DNA from: Verrucomicrobiota bacterium
GTDB taxonomy: Bacteria; Verrucomicrobiota; Kiritimatiellia; CAIQIC01; JAGNIJ01
Assembly: GCA_022710725.1 (NCBI GenBank)
Contig: JAKLGK010000001.1
Span: 113,010-177,009, forward strand
Direction: 5' to 3'
Length of the DNA: 64,000 bases
In this document: in pieces, positions 19,992-28,215 of the stretch
Layout: each line of letters starts with the position of its first letter
Position numbering within the stretch: position 1 is the stretch's first letter
The notes under the pieces: model-generated
What the model was told of the DNA's origin: nothing
Databases searched by the model: none
Seen by the model: the letters and a program-made list of their open reading frames with translations, nothing else
Program-made: the position numbers and the translations under genes

Positions 19992-20876
19992 ATGAACGCG
20001 CCGGGGATCCAGCCTTCGGAATCGGCCGCCGAGTTCCTTCGACGTCACATCCTCGCGCAGGCCGAGGTCATCCGGCGGACGGAGGACGGCGTTCGGGCGG
20101 GACGGGAGGGCCCGCTGCACGACATGCGGGTGGCCATCCGGCGGCTGCGCACGCTCCTGCGGGCTTTCCGCAAGCCGCTGGCGGAGACGCGTGCCGCCGC
20201 GGTAGAGGAAGGATATGCCCGCCTGCTGAAGGAACTCGGCCCCGCCCGCGACACGGACGTCTGGATGCTGTTCCTGAAGCGCCACCCCGTGCTACGGCGC
20301 GGCGCGTCGGCGCGCTTCCTGGCCGCGCAGAAGAGGGAGAAAGCCCGCCGGCAGCAGCAGGTCCGCGAACGGCTGGAGAGCGCGGAGAATGGCGCGCTGA
20401 AAGGAGCGCTGGCGCGGCTGATCGACGAGGATCTCAAGCCCGGCACGCTTCGCGTCCAGCCGAACCCGGCGGCCGACCTCGGGCGCCGGGCGCTGCGCAA
20501 GGCGCTGAAGCGGATCCACCGGCGCGCGCGGGGGCTACCGCGCCTGTCGCCGGAAAAGATGCACCGCCTGCGCATCGCGTGCCGCAAGGCGCGGTACGTC
20601 GCCGAATTCCTCTCCGGCGCGTGGGACGCCCCGCTGGACGCGCTGGCCCGGCGGTTCAAGGCCATCCAGGACGTCCTGGGCGACGTGCACGACCAGGACG
20701 TGTACCTCGCGCACCTGCGGACCTGCCGGCCCCGGCCGCCGGCGCGGATGCTCCGGTCCATCCATCTCCAGCGCGACCGCGACCGGCTCCGGTTCGAGGA
20801 GGACTGGGCCCGCTTCGTGAAGCCGCGCTACCAGCGCAGGCTGGATCGCATCCTGTCCCCGCGCCGTTCGCCCTGA
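19992..20876 (+). CDS. CHAD domain-containing protein
   Basis: Conserved His/Arg helices 'HDMRVAIRRLR' and 'HRLRIACRKARY'. It starts 1 nt after the ppk stop. Confidence 0.8.
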   Translation: MNAPGIQPSESAAEFLRRHILAQAEVIRRTEDGVRAGREGPLHDMRVAIRRLRTLLRAFRKPLAETRAAAVEEGYARLLKELGPARDTDVWMLFLKRHPVLRRGASARFLAAQKREKARRQQQVRERLESAENGALKGALARLIDEDLKPGTLRVQPNPAADLGRRALRKALKRIHRRARGLPRLSPEKMHRLRIACRKARYVAEFLSGAWDAPLDALARRFKAIQDVLGDVHDQDVYLAHLRTCRPRPPARMLRSIHLQRDRDRLRFEEDWARFVKPRYQRRLDRILSPRRSP

Positions 20877-20880
20877 TGGC

Positions 20881-20914
20881 GGGCTGGCCACACTTTGCAA
20901 AGTGTGGCCAGCCC
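20881..20914. repeat. perfect 34-bp palindrome (GGGCTGGCCACACTTTG|CAAAGTGTGGCCAGCCC)
   Basis: Read directly from the sequence, 5 nt after the CHAD stop and ~80 nt before the kinase start codon. There is no U-tract on either strand. It could be a terminator-like hairpin or a dyad-symmetric operator. Confidence 0.55.
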
Positions 20915-20995
20915 CTCTCCGCCGCCGAATCATGGCCGCGGGGCGGGTTTGACCTTGAATCCGGCGGCGCGGAGGGGCAGATTCATGGGCGCGCC

Positions 20996-22708
20996 ATGAG
21001 CAGGGCCCGCGATACAGCCTCGGCCGCGCCGGGCGTGGAGGCCTCGGCCGGCAAGTACCCCGGCAAGGGCTTTCACATCGGCGAATACGTGATCACGGAT
21101 TTTCTCGGCCACGGCTCGATGGCCTCCGTGTATCTGGCGGTGGACGGCACCGGCCACGAGGTGGCCCTCAAGGTTTTCCAGGAGGGCCCCGGCGTCTCGG
21201 CGACCATGCTCGAGCGGTTCCGCCGGGAGGCGGAGGCCTCCAAGAAGCTGCGCCGGCATCCCAACATCATGCCGATCTACGGCACCGGGCGCGACGGCCC
21301 CTACCACTACATCGCCATGGAGTCCATCCGGAACAGCCGCACGCTGGAGGCCGCGCTGGAATCCACGCCGATGAGCCTCCTGCGCGTCGTCGAGATCGCG
21401 ATCCGCATCGCCCGCGCCCTCCAGTACGCCCACACGCACAACATCGTGCACCGCGACGTCAAGCCGACGAACATCATGATCGACGAGTTCGAGGAGCCGC
21501 TCCTCTCCGATTTCGGCGTCGCGGAGCTGATGGACTGGCCGTCCTGCACGCTCACGGGCGCGCTGACGGGGACGCCGCTCTACATGTCGCCCGAGCAGGC
21601 CCGCGGCGAGCGGGTCGGGCCGGCCAGCGATATCTACTCGCTGGGCGTCGTGCTGTACGAGGCCGTGACGGGCGTGATGCCCTACGCCATCCAGCACGGG
21701 TCGCCCGTGAAGGACGTGCTGGAGGCCGTGAAGAACGAGTTGCCGCGGCGGCCGCGCCTGTTCCGCAAGGAGATCTCGCCCGACCTCGAGGCGGTCCTGT
21801 TCAAGGCGCTGGAGAAGGAGCCGCGGGACCGCTACGTGGACGCCGAGGCCTTCGCCCGCGATCTCGAGCGGGTCCAGGCGGGCCGTCGCGTCAGCGCCCA
21901 CCGGTTTTCGATCCTCGCCTACCTGCGGCACCTCGCACGGCGCCACCAGCAGGGGTTGCTCATCTTCCTGGCCATGGCCGCGCTCCTGTCGGGAGCCGGC
22001 TTGCTCTTCCGGCAGCGGCTGCTGCGCACGCGCTTCGAGGAGGTCGTGCGCCGCGCCCAGTTGAAGAACGCCCTCTACATGCTGGCCGAAGCCGAGAACG
22101 GCGCCGGCTTCGAGCGGGAGACCCCTCGGGCGTGGAACGATATCCGGCTGGCGCGCAAGGCCATGATCGGCAGCGATTGGTCCGCCGCGCGGGACGGTTT
22201 CCGGGCGGCGGCGGACATCAGCCGCTCCGTGGGCGACACCCGGACCGCGGCCATCGCCGAACTGGACCAGGCCCGGTGCGAAATCATGCTGCAGGACCGG
22301 GCGGCCGCCCAGGCCCTGTACCACCGCATCCTGACCAACCCCGACGCCTCGCCGGCGATCGCGAACATGGCCCAGATGGAAAGCATCGAACTGGCCCTGC
22401 TCGCGGGCGACCGGCCCCGGGCGTTCGAGGTGCTGATGCTGCGCACCCCGCCCGCCGAAGGGCCGATCCGGACCGCGATCAAGGGGCTGGCCGGCGACCT
22501 GTCCAGCCGGGCCGTCGCGGAGTCGGTGGAGCGCATGCAGCACCCGTTCCAGAACGACGCGTACGTGGCCGCGGCCATCCGGGCCTACCTGGACGGCGAA
22601 ATCCGTCTTGCGGTCGGGTATATGAGGCGCGCCATCGAGCTATCGTCGCCGCCCTCGGAATGGCCGGCGCCCTTCGCGCGCCAACTCTTCAACGAGGTGG
22701 ACCGCTGA
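20996..22708 (+). CDS. membrane Ser/Thr protein kinase (Hanks-type) with extracytoplasmic TPR-like domain
   Basis: 'HRDVKPTNIM', 'DFGVA' and 'SPEQ', then a TM segment 'LLIFLAMAALLSGAGLLF' and a ~230-aa C-terminal domain. Start is ATG at 20996. The 139 upstream codons of the ORF span the palindrome and are rejected. Confidence 0.85.
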   Translation: MSRARDTASAAPGVEASAGKYPGKGFHIGEYVITDFLGHGSMASVYLAVDGTGHEVALKVFQEGPGVSATMLERFRREAEASKKLRRHPNIMPIYGTGRDGPYHYIAMESIRNSRTLEAALESTPMSLLRVVEIAIRIARALQYAHTHNIVHRDVKPTNIMIDEFEEPLLSDFGVAELMDWPSCTLTGALTGTPLYMSPEQARGERVGPASDIYSLGVVLYEAVTGVMPYAIQHGSPVKDVLEAVKNELPRRPRLFRKEISPDLEAVLFKALEKEPRDRYVDAEAFARDLERVQAGRRVSAHRFSILAYLRHLARRHQQGLLIFLAMAALLSGAGLLFRQRLLRTRFEEVVRRAQLKNALYMLAEAENGAGFERETPRAWNDIRLARKAMIGSDWSAARDGFRAAADISRSVGDTRTAAIAELDQARCEIMLQDRAAAQALYHRILTNPDASPAIANMAQMESIELALLAGDRPRAFEVLMLRTPPAEGPIRTAIKGLAGDLSSRAVAESVERMQHPFQNDAYVAAAIRAYLDGEIRLAVGYMRRAIELSSPPSEWPAPFARQLFNEVDR

Positions 22709-22710
22709 CC

Positions 22711-23253
22711 ATGGCCCCGCATCCTCCAGACCCCGGCCGCGCACGGACGCACCGGCGCCGCGGCTTCACGCTGATCGAGCTCCTCGTGGTCGTGCTGATC
22801 CTGGCCATCGGCATCGTCTGGACCGTCCACCACGTGCGGCAGCAGCGACTCACGCGCCGGTGCGCGGAGCAGCTGTGGCACATCTACACGGCCCTGGAAA
22901 TGTACGAAATCGACCGGGGCACGCTGCCCCGGCTGGCCTTTTTCCCAAACGATCCGAAGCAGGACGCCGACAGCCTCTTCACCGTGATCCAGCCCTACAC
23001 CGCGTCGGAGGGGCTGACGGTATGCCCGGCCCTGCCCCCGGCCCAGCGGGCCCTCGGCCTGACCTACGTCTGGAACGTGGAGAACAACGGGCGCAAGCTG
23101 CATCCTCCGGGCGTCGCCAGATGGATGCTCGTGGAGATCAGCGCGCTGTCGGATTCCGTGCCCCCTCCGCACGAGGGGCGCTACCACATCCTGTACTCGG
23201 ACGGCCAGGTGGAGCTGTCCGAAAATCCCCCGCCCGACCTGCGGCGGCTGTGA
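22711..23253 (+). CDS. prepilin-type N-terminal cleavage/methylation domain protein (type II pseudopilin-like)
   Basis: 'RRGFTLIELLVVVLILAIGI' is a class III signal peptide. It starts 3 nt after the kinase stop. Confidence 0.75.
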   Translation: MAPHPPDPGRARTHRRRGFTLIELLVVVLILAIGIVWTVHHVRQQRLTRRCAEQLWHIYTALEMYEIDRGTLPRLAFFPNDPKQDADSLFTVIQPYTASEGLTVCPALPPAQRALGLTYVWNVENNGRKLHPPGVARWMLVEISALSDSVPPPHEGRYHILYSDGQVELSENPPPDLRRL

Positions 23254-23262
23254 CCTTCCCCG

Positions 23263-24144
23263 CTACTGGATCGTGCTCTTGGTGGCCTTGACCAGCGCCT
23301 TCCAGAGCTGCTCGGGGGTTTCCGCCTCGAACAGCCGGTCGCGCGCGTCCTCTTCCTGGAACGTCTGGGCCAGGCCGGACAGCAGCTTGAGGTAGAAGGC
23401 GCTCGCGGCCGTGGGGATGACCATGAAGAACACGATCCTCGTGAGCGCCCGGCCTGGCCCGCCGAAACGGATGCCCTTGCGGTGCAGGCCCAGCGCGAGC
23501 GTCAGGCCCCCGCCCTCCACGCCGCGGACGTGGGGAAAGGCCAGCCCATGCTCTACGGCCGTGCTGATGATGGCCTCCCTTTTCAGCGCCTCCTCCTGCA
23601 GCCGGCCCGCGTCGTCCACGAAGCCTTCCGCCTCCATCTTCTGGCACATCTCCGCGATCACCTCGTCGCGCTCCTGCGAGACCAGCTGGGGGATCATCAG
23701 GTCCACGGACGAGAAGCGGTCGATCCCGACCTTGGCGGGCTCGCTGCGCCGTTTCCGGCGCCCGATATGTCGGGGTAACAACTCGGGGTAGTACAGCATG
23801 CGCGCGCAGTTCGGACAATGATGCAGCGAATCGGCGGCATGAACGGCGTGCACCAGGCTCACCGGCAGCGACATGCCGCACGCCGAGCACACCCCGTTCG
23901 CCACGGGCACGATGGCCAGCAGGCCCTTCTTCTCGATCTTCTGGTAGCGGGCGGCGATCTCGGGGGGAAGCTGTTCGACCAGGGTCTGAATGGAGGCATC
24001 CAGTTGGGAGAGGCGGGCGCCCTGCATGGAGGCCTCCTGTTGGGCGCGGGCCACGCGCAGCTCCTGCAACTGGATCAAGTGATTGATGACGCGGTGCATG
24101 CTTCCTTTCTTATGCGCGGCAGCGATAACAACGGAATCGCTCAT
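23263..24144 (-). CDS. fusion protein: coiled-coil/C4 zinc-ribbon (COG1579-like) + PTS EIIA type-2 (PtsN-like) domain
   Basis: N-terminal half has 'CSACGMSLP...HHCPNCARMLY'. C-terminal half has 'DLMIPQL...GLAFPHVRGVEGGGLTLALGL', with a His in the PtsN phosphorylation-site context. Confidence 0.65.
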   Translation of the reverse strand: MSDSVVIAAAHKKGSMHRVINHLIQLQELRVARAQQEASMQGARLSQLDASIQTLVEQLPPEIAARYQKIEKKGLLAIVPVANGVCSACGMSLPVSLVHAVHAADSLHHCPNCARMLYYPELLPRHIGRRKRRSEPAKVGIDRFSSVDLMIPQLVSQERDEVIAEMCQKMEAEGFVDDAGRLQEEALKREAIISTAVEHGLAFPHVRGVEGGGLTLALGLHRKGIRFGGPGRALTRIVFFMVIPTAASAFYLKLLSGLAQTFQEEDARDRLFEAETPEQLWKALVKATKSTIQ

Positions 24145-24305
24145 ACACGCCCTTCGCCCGCCTTCCGGGGACAGGCCGAGTGACGGTTTCTTCTACCAAA
24201 TGCAACCCCGCCCTGTAAAGACATTCCGGCGAGGAGCGTGGAAGCCGGATGGGCGCGAATGAACAGGCGCCCGGGGGCGGCCGCGCGGCAGAATGGTTGC
24301 GTGTT

Positions 24306-24920
24306 TTATGAACCGAAATAGGCCGGGGCGTTGCCGGGTTTCCACTTGATATTGCAGCCGAGGCTCGGTTTCTGGTCGGCGGACGCCGGGCGGCCCGCGA
24401 GCACGGCGTCCAGGGCCGCGCGCAGGTCGCGGCCGGTCACCGGCCGGCCGTTCCCGGGCCGGCTGTCGTCCAGTTGGCCGCGGTAGGCCAGCCGGCGGCC
24501 GTCATCGAAGAGGAAGAAGTCGGGCGTGCACGCGGCCGTGTAGGCCTTCGCCACGGCCTGGCTTTCGTCGTAACAATAGGGAAAGGCGAACCCGAGTTCC
24601 CCCGCCATCTCCTTGAGCTGCGCCGGCGCATCGTCGGGGTGCCGGTCCGCGTCATTCGAGCTGATGGCCACCATCCCGACGTCGCGCCCCGCGTAGTCGC
24701 GCCCGATCCGGGCGATCTCGCGCTCCACGTGCCGGACGTACGGGCAATGGCGGCAGATGAACATCACCAGCAGGGCGCGGCGGCCGGCGAACGACGCGAG
24801 GGATACCGGCTTTCCGCTGACGGTGTCCGTCAGGCTGAAATCCGGCGCGGGGGTGCCCAGCGGCAACATCGTGGACGGCGTGGCGACCATGGCGGCTCCT
24901 TTTTCAGGAATAAAACCCAT
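24306..24920 (-). CDS. thioredoxin-like (redoxin/AhpC-TSA family) thiol-disulfide oxidoreductase
   Basis: CxxC motif 'CRHCPYV' in a thioredoxin-fold context ('LLVMFICRHCP...AISSND'). The start is ambiguous between in-frame Mets at 24920 and 24890. Confidence 0.75.
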   Translation of the reverse strand: MGFIPEKGAAMVATPSTMLPLGTPAPDFSLTDTVSGKPVSLASFAGRRALLVMFICRHCPYVRHVEREIARIGRDYAGRDVGMVAISSNDADRHPDDAPAQLKEMAGELGFAFPYCYDESQAVAKAYTAACTPDFFLFDDGRRLAYRGQLDDSRPGNGRPVTGRDLRAALDAVLAGRPASADQKPSLGCNIKWKPGNAPAYFGS

Positions 24921-24953
24921 TTCCCGGAAGAATCAAGGCCCGCTCTTCTCCCT

Positions 24954-27900
24954 TCAATAATCCCGCCCCCACTTGAGCCGGAGCCCTTCGCGCAACTGCG
25001 GGCTGCTGATGGTCTGCAGGCGCAGCGAGCGGGACAGCTCCAGTTCCATCGTGACGGCATCGGCCTGGCCCGTCAGGCTCTTTTCCCCCTCGACGTAGAC
25101 GCGGTCCCCCACGTACTTCCCGACGGCGATCGAGGTCAGGGCGGGATCCTCGGCGTCCTGCCGGATGTCCAACTGGTCCACGCGCAGGAGGTTCTGGCCC
25201 TGGCCGAGGACGTCCAGCGTGGCGCCGCCGCCGTGCAGGAGGTTCAGGCCATAGGCCAGGCGCAGGGCCTGCAGGGCCGTGATCCGGTCCGCCTCCCGGT
25301 TGAAGAGCAGCTGCGCCATGATTTCGTCCTCCGGCTGCGGCGGGTCGGAGGTCAGGGTCCAGGCCGGGGCGCTCAAGGAGCCGGCCAGATCGAGCCGCGC
25401 GGTCAGCCTCCCGGTTTCCACGGTCGCGCGGATGTCCAGCTGCGGATCGGGCGGCGAGCGGCCGTCCAGGTTGATCGCAGCGCTCTCCAGGTTGAAGCGT
25501 CGGCCCAGGAATACGAACCGCCCGCGCAGCACGCTGAAGGAGCCGGCCAGCGCCGGTTCGGCCGCCGTTCCCCGGATGCGCAGCTGGCCTTTCCATTCGG
25601 ATTCCAGGCCGCGTCCCCGGATGTACACGCGGGCCGGGGCGCGGATGTCCAGGTCCAGCGACAACGCCGGCGTCAAGCTGCGGGCGGCCGCCGCCTCCCC
25701 CGCCCGCTCCGGACCGTTGATCTCCGCCACGTCCAGTTGCGGGATGGACGCCGCCGGCCGGTCCACGGATTCGTAGTCGAGCTCGCGCACGTCGATGCGG
25801 CCGGACAGCCGGTTGCCGGCCAGCGAGCCGTCCAACTGCACCTCGCCGTCGGCATCCAGCCGGAAGTGGTCCTCGCGCGCCAGCGCGGTGTCTTCAAAGC
25901 GGATGGCCACCTGGTACGGAAAATGGCGGGCGGGCGCATAATCCAGCCGGCCGGTCAGCGCGATCTTGCCCTGGCCGCCATCCGAGGCTGTGGCCCGGGT
26001 GATGGTCAGGCTCGACAGGTCGGAGCGGGCCTCGATGTCCACGTCCCGGAGCACGACGCCCAGGTCCAGGTTTTCATAGTAACCGTTCTGCAGCGCCAGC
26101 GCGCCCTCGATATCCGGGGCCTCCAGGCTCCCCCCGAAGGTCAGGCCGGCGTGCAGCTTTCCGCGAATCACGCGGTCCGCAAGATAAGACGCCGGCACGA
26201 GGCGGGCCAGGTCCACGTCGGCGTCCATTCGCCCATCCAGCGGCGCCGCCGGCCGCACCTCCAGAGACCAGGGGCGCAGGGACCACCGGAACGGGATGCC
26301 CACGGAGCCCGAACCCTGCACGGGACCCGAAACCGCCCAGTTCGCGCGCAGCACACCGTCCGCGAGGCAGACACGCAGTTCGGCATCCGCCGGTTTAAGC
26401 GGGATCAGCAGCGCCTCCCCGGGCCGAACCGCGGACAGATTCAACTGCAATTCAGCCGCCGGATCATCCACCTGGCCCTGCAGTTGGATCGCGCCCTCCG
26501 CCCGCCCCTCCATCGGCGGGCCACCCAGATCGGCGATTACACCCAGGGGAACGCCTTCGAGCCGGGCCATGGCCCGGATCATCCCTCCCGTGATCGAACC
26601 GGCCGTCCGGAAGCGACCGGCGCCGACATGTCCCTTCAGGGGCTGCCAGGCGATCCAGCCGTCGCCCCACTCCACTCGAGCCGGCTCATCCAGGACGAAG
26701 TCGCCGGGCCCGCACCGGCCGTACGCCTCGCGCACGGTCAGAACGGTGCCGGGCTCCGAGGCATCCCAGCGCCCGGCCGCGGCCAGTTCGAAAGGCCGGG
26801 CCAACCGGCCGTCGGCCCGCACCGACCAGTCGCACGCGGACCGGGAACCGTCCACGCGAACGGCCAGGTTCGAAATCGAGGCTCGCTTTGCGCCGACGTC
26901 CCGGGCCACCACCTCCACGCGGCCGGTCGGGTCGGGACCCAGCGGGCACATGTCGGCCTCCATGCGCAGTTCTTCCGCCGAAGCCCACGGGGTCGTCACG
27001 TTACGGACCCGGCCGCTGGCCCGGACGCGCTGCTCGCCGCCCGACGGGTCCAGGTCCACGTCCAACCGGGCTTCCCCGCCGACGGGCCAGCCGAGACGCG
27101 CCGCCGCGTCGGAGAGATAAGGCAGTTCGGCGGACAGGCGGCCCTTCGCCAGCCGGGCGGCCGGATCGAACTCCAGTCCGCCGGTAACGGACAGGGCGCC
27201 GCAGCGCGCGTCGAGATCCCGTATTTCGACGCGGCGATCCGCGTAACGGACCGCGGCCCGCGCCACGACCACGTCTTCCCCGCGCTGAACGCGCGCCGCC
27301 ATTTCCCCCTCCGGCTGCTCCAGCAGGCGGCGCAGCGCGCCGTCCAGTTCCACGCGCTCCACGTCCCGCCGCAACAGTCCGTCGTTCTCCAACTCCGCGT
27401 GAAACGACACGGCCAGCGGCGGGCGCGCATCCAGCGTGAAGGAGCCGCCCAGCCGGCCGGCCCCCGCTGCGTCGGCCTCGAGGGTCCCCTGGCACGATTC
27501 GAGAGGCCCCCTCGCCCCCACCCGCGCCCTGAGCGGTCCGGTCGGTTTCGCCGGCAGATGCCGGGCCAGCGGGCCGCCGACCGCATCGAGGAGGTCCACG
27601 CCCAGGCGCCACCCCTTCGAACGGGACCACGCAAGGGTCGCGTGCGCCGCGCCCGGCAGGGCATCGGTTCGCTCGCCTTGAATGGCTCCGGCGAAGCCCG
27701 CGACGGGGTCCCACGAGGCCCGTCCGAGGACGCGCAATCGAAGGCGCGCTCCCGCGACGGGCTCTTCCAGCGCCAGGCCTTCCACCCGGAGATGATCCAC
27801 GGCCATCGGCCAACGAGGGGGCCCGGTCTTTCGCGTTGCGGACGTCGGCTCGGCCGCCGGGAGTTCCGGGCGGCGGAGGACGTGCACCGTGCGCGCCGAT

Positions 27901-28196
27901 AGTTCGCGCGCGACCAGCCGTCCCGCGCAGAGTTCTCCCGCGGAGAGGCGCAGGCGCACCCCGGCGGCCTGCAGCCACTCGCCCCCGGCATCCGACAGGC
28001 GGATCTCGTCCAGGCGGAGTTCGAACGGCAGCCGGCCATCGAGCCGGCCCAGGCTCACCCTCCACCCGGGCGCGCTCCACCGGCGGGCCAGGACGGCGGC
28101 CAACCGGTCCTTCGCCCAGGGGGTCTGCAGAAGCGCCAGGCCGCCCGCGGCAACCAGGAGCAGACCGCCCAGCGCGCGGAGCAGCCCCTTCCGCAT
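24954..28196 (-). CDS. tamB: translocation and assembly module subunit TamB (DUF490/AsmA-like)
   Basis: N-terminal TM anchor 'LLRALGGLLLVAAGGLALL', a long beta-rich body and the C-terminal DUF490 end '...GLRLKWGRDY'. Start is ATG at 28196. The 112 upstream codons are rejected. Confidence 0.8.
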   Translation of the reverse strand: MRKGLLRALGGLLLVAAGGLALLQTPWAKDRLAAVLARRWSAPGWRVSLGRLDGRLPFELRLDEIRLSDAGGEWLQAAGVRLRLSAGELCAGRLVARELSARTVHVLRRPELPAAEPTSATRKTGPPRWPMAVDHLRVEGLALEEPVAGARLRLRVLGRASWDPVAGFAGAIQGERTDALPGAAHATLAWSRSKGWRLGVDLLDAVGGPLARHLPAKPTGPLRARVGARGPLESCQGTLEADAAGAGRLGGSFTLDARPPLAVSFHAELENDGLLRRDVERVELDGALRRLLEQPEGEMAARVQRGEDVVVARAAVRYADRRVEIRDLDARCGALSVTGGLEFDPAARLAKGRLSAELPYLSDAAARLGWPVGGEARLDVDLDPSGGEQRVRASGRVRNVTTPWASAEELRMEADMCPLGPDPTGRVEVVARDVGAKRASISNLAVRVDGSRSACDWSVRADGRLARPFELAAAGRWDASEPGTVLTVREAYGRCGPGDFVLDEPARVEWGDGWIAWQPLKGHVGAGRFRTAGSITGGMIRAMARLEGVPLGVIADLGGPPMEGRAEGAIQLQGQVDDPAAELQLNLSAVRPGEALLIPLKPADAELRVCLADGVLRANWAVSGPVQGSGSVGIPFRWSLRPWSLEVRPAAPLDGRMDADVDLARLVPASYLADRVIRGKLHAGLTFGGSLEAPDIEGALALQNGYYENLDLGVVLRDVDIEARSDLSSLTITRATASDGGQGKIALTGRLDYAPARHFPYQVAIRFEDTALAREDHFRLDADGEVQLDGSLAGNRLSGRIDVRELDYESVDRPAASIPQLDVAEINGPERAGEAAAARSLTPALSLDLDIRAPARVYIRGRGLESEWKGQLRIRGTAAEPALAGSFSVLRGRFVFLGRRFNLESAAINLDGRSPPDPQLDIRATVETGRLTARLDLAGSLSAPAWTLTSDPPQPEDEIMAQLLFNREADRITALQALRLAYGLNLLHGGGATLDVLGQGQNLLRVDQLDIRQDAEDPALTSIAVGKYVGDRVYVEGEKSLTGQADAVTMELELSRSLRLQTISSPQLREGLRLKWGRDY

Positions 28197-28215
28197 GCCG
28201 CGGGCCACCCGCCGA

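Noticed and set aside
20879-20995. In-frame 'MAGWPHFAKCGQPLSAAESW...' start upstream of the kinase.
   Set aside because: It is created by translation of the 34-bp palindrome. The kinase family begins at the ATG at 20996.
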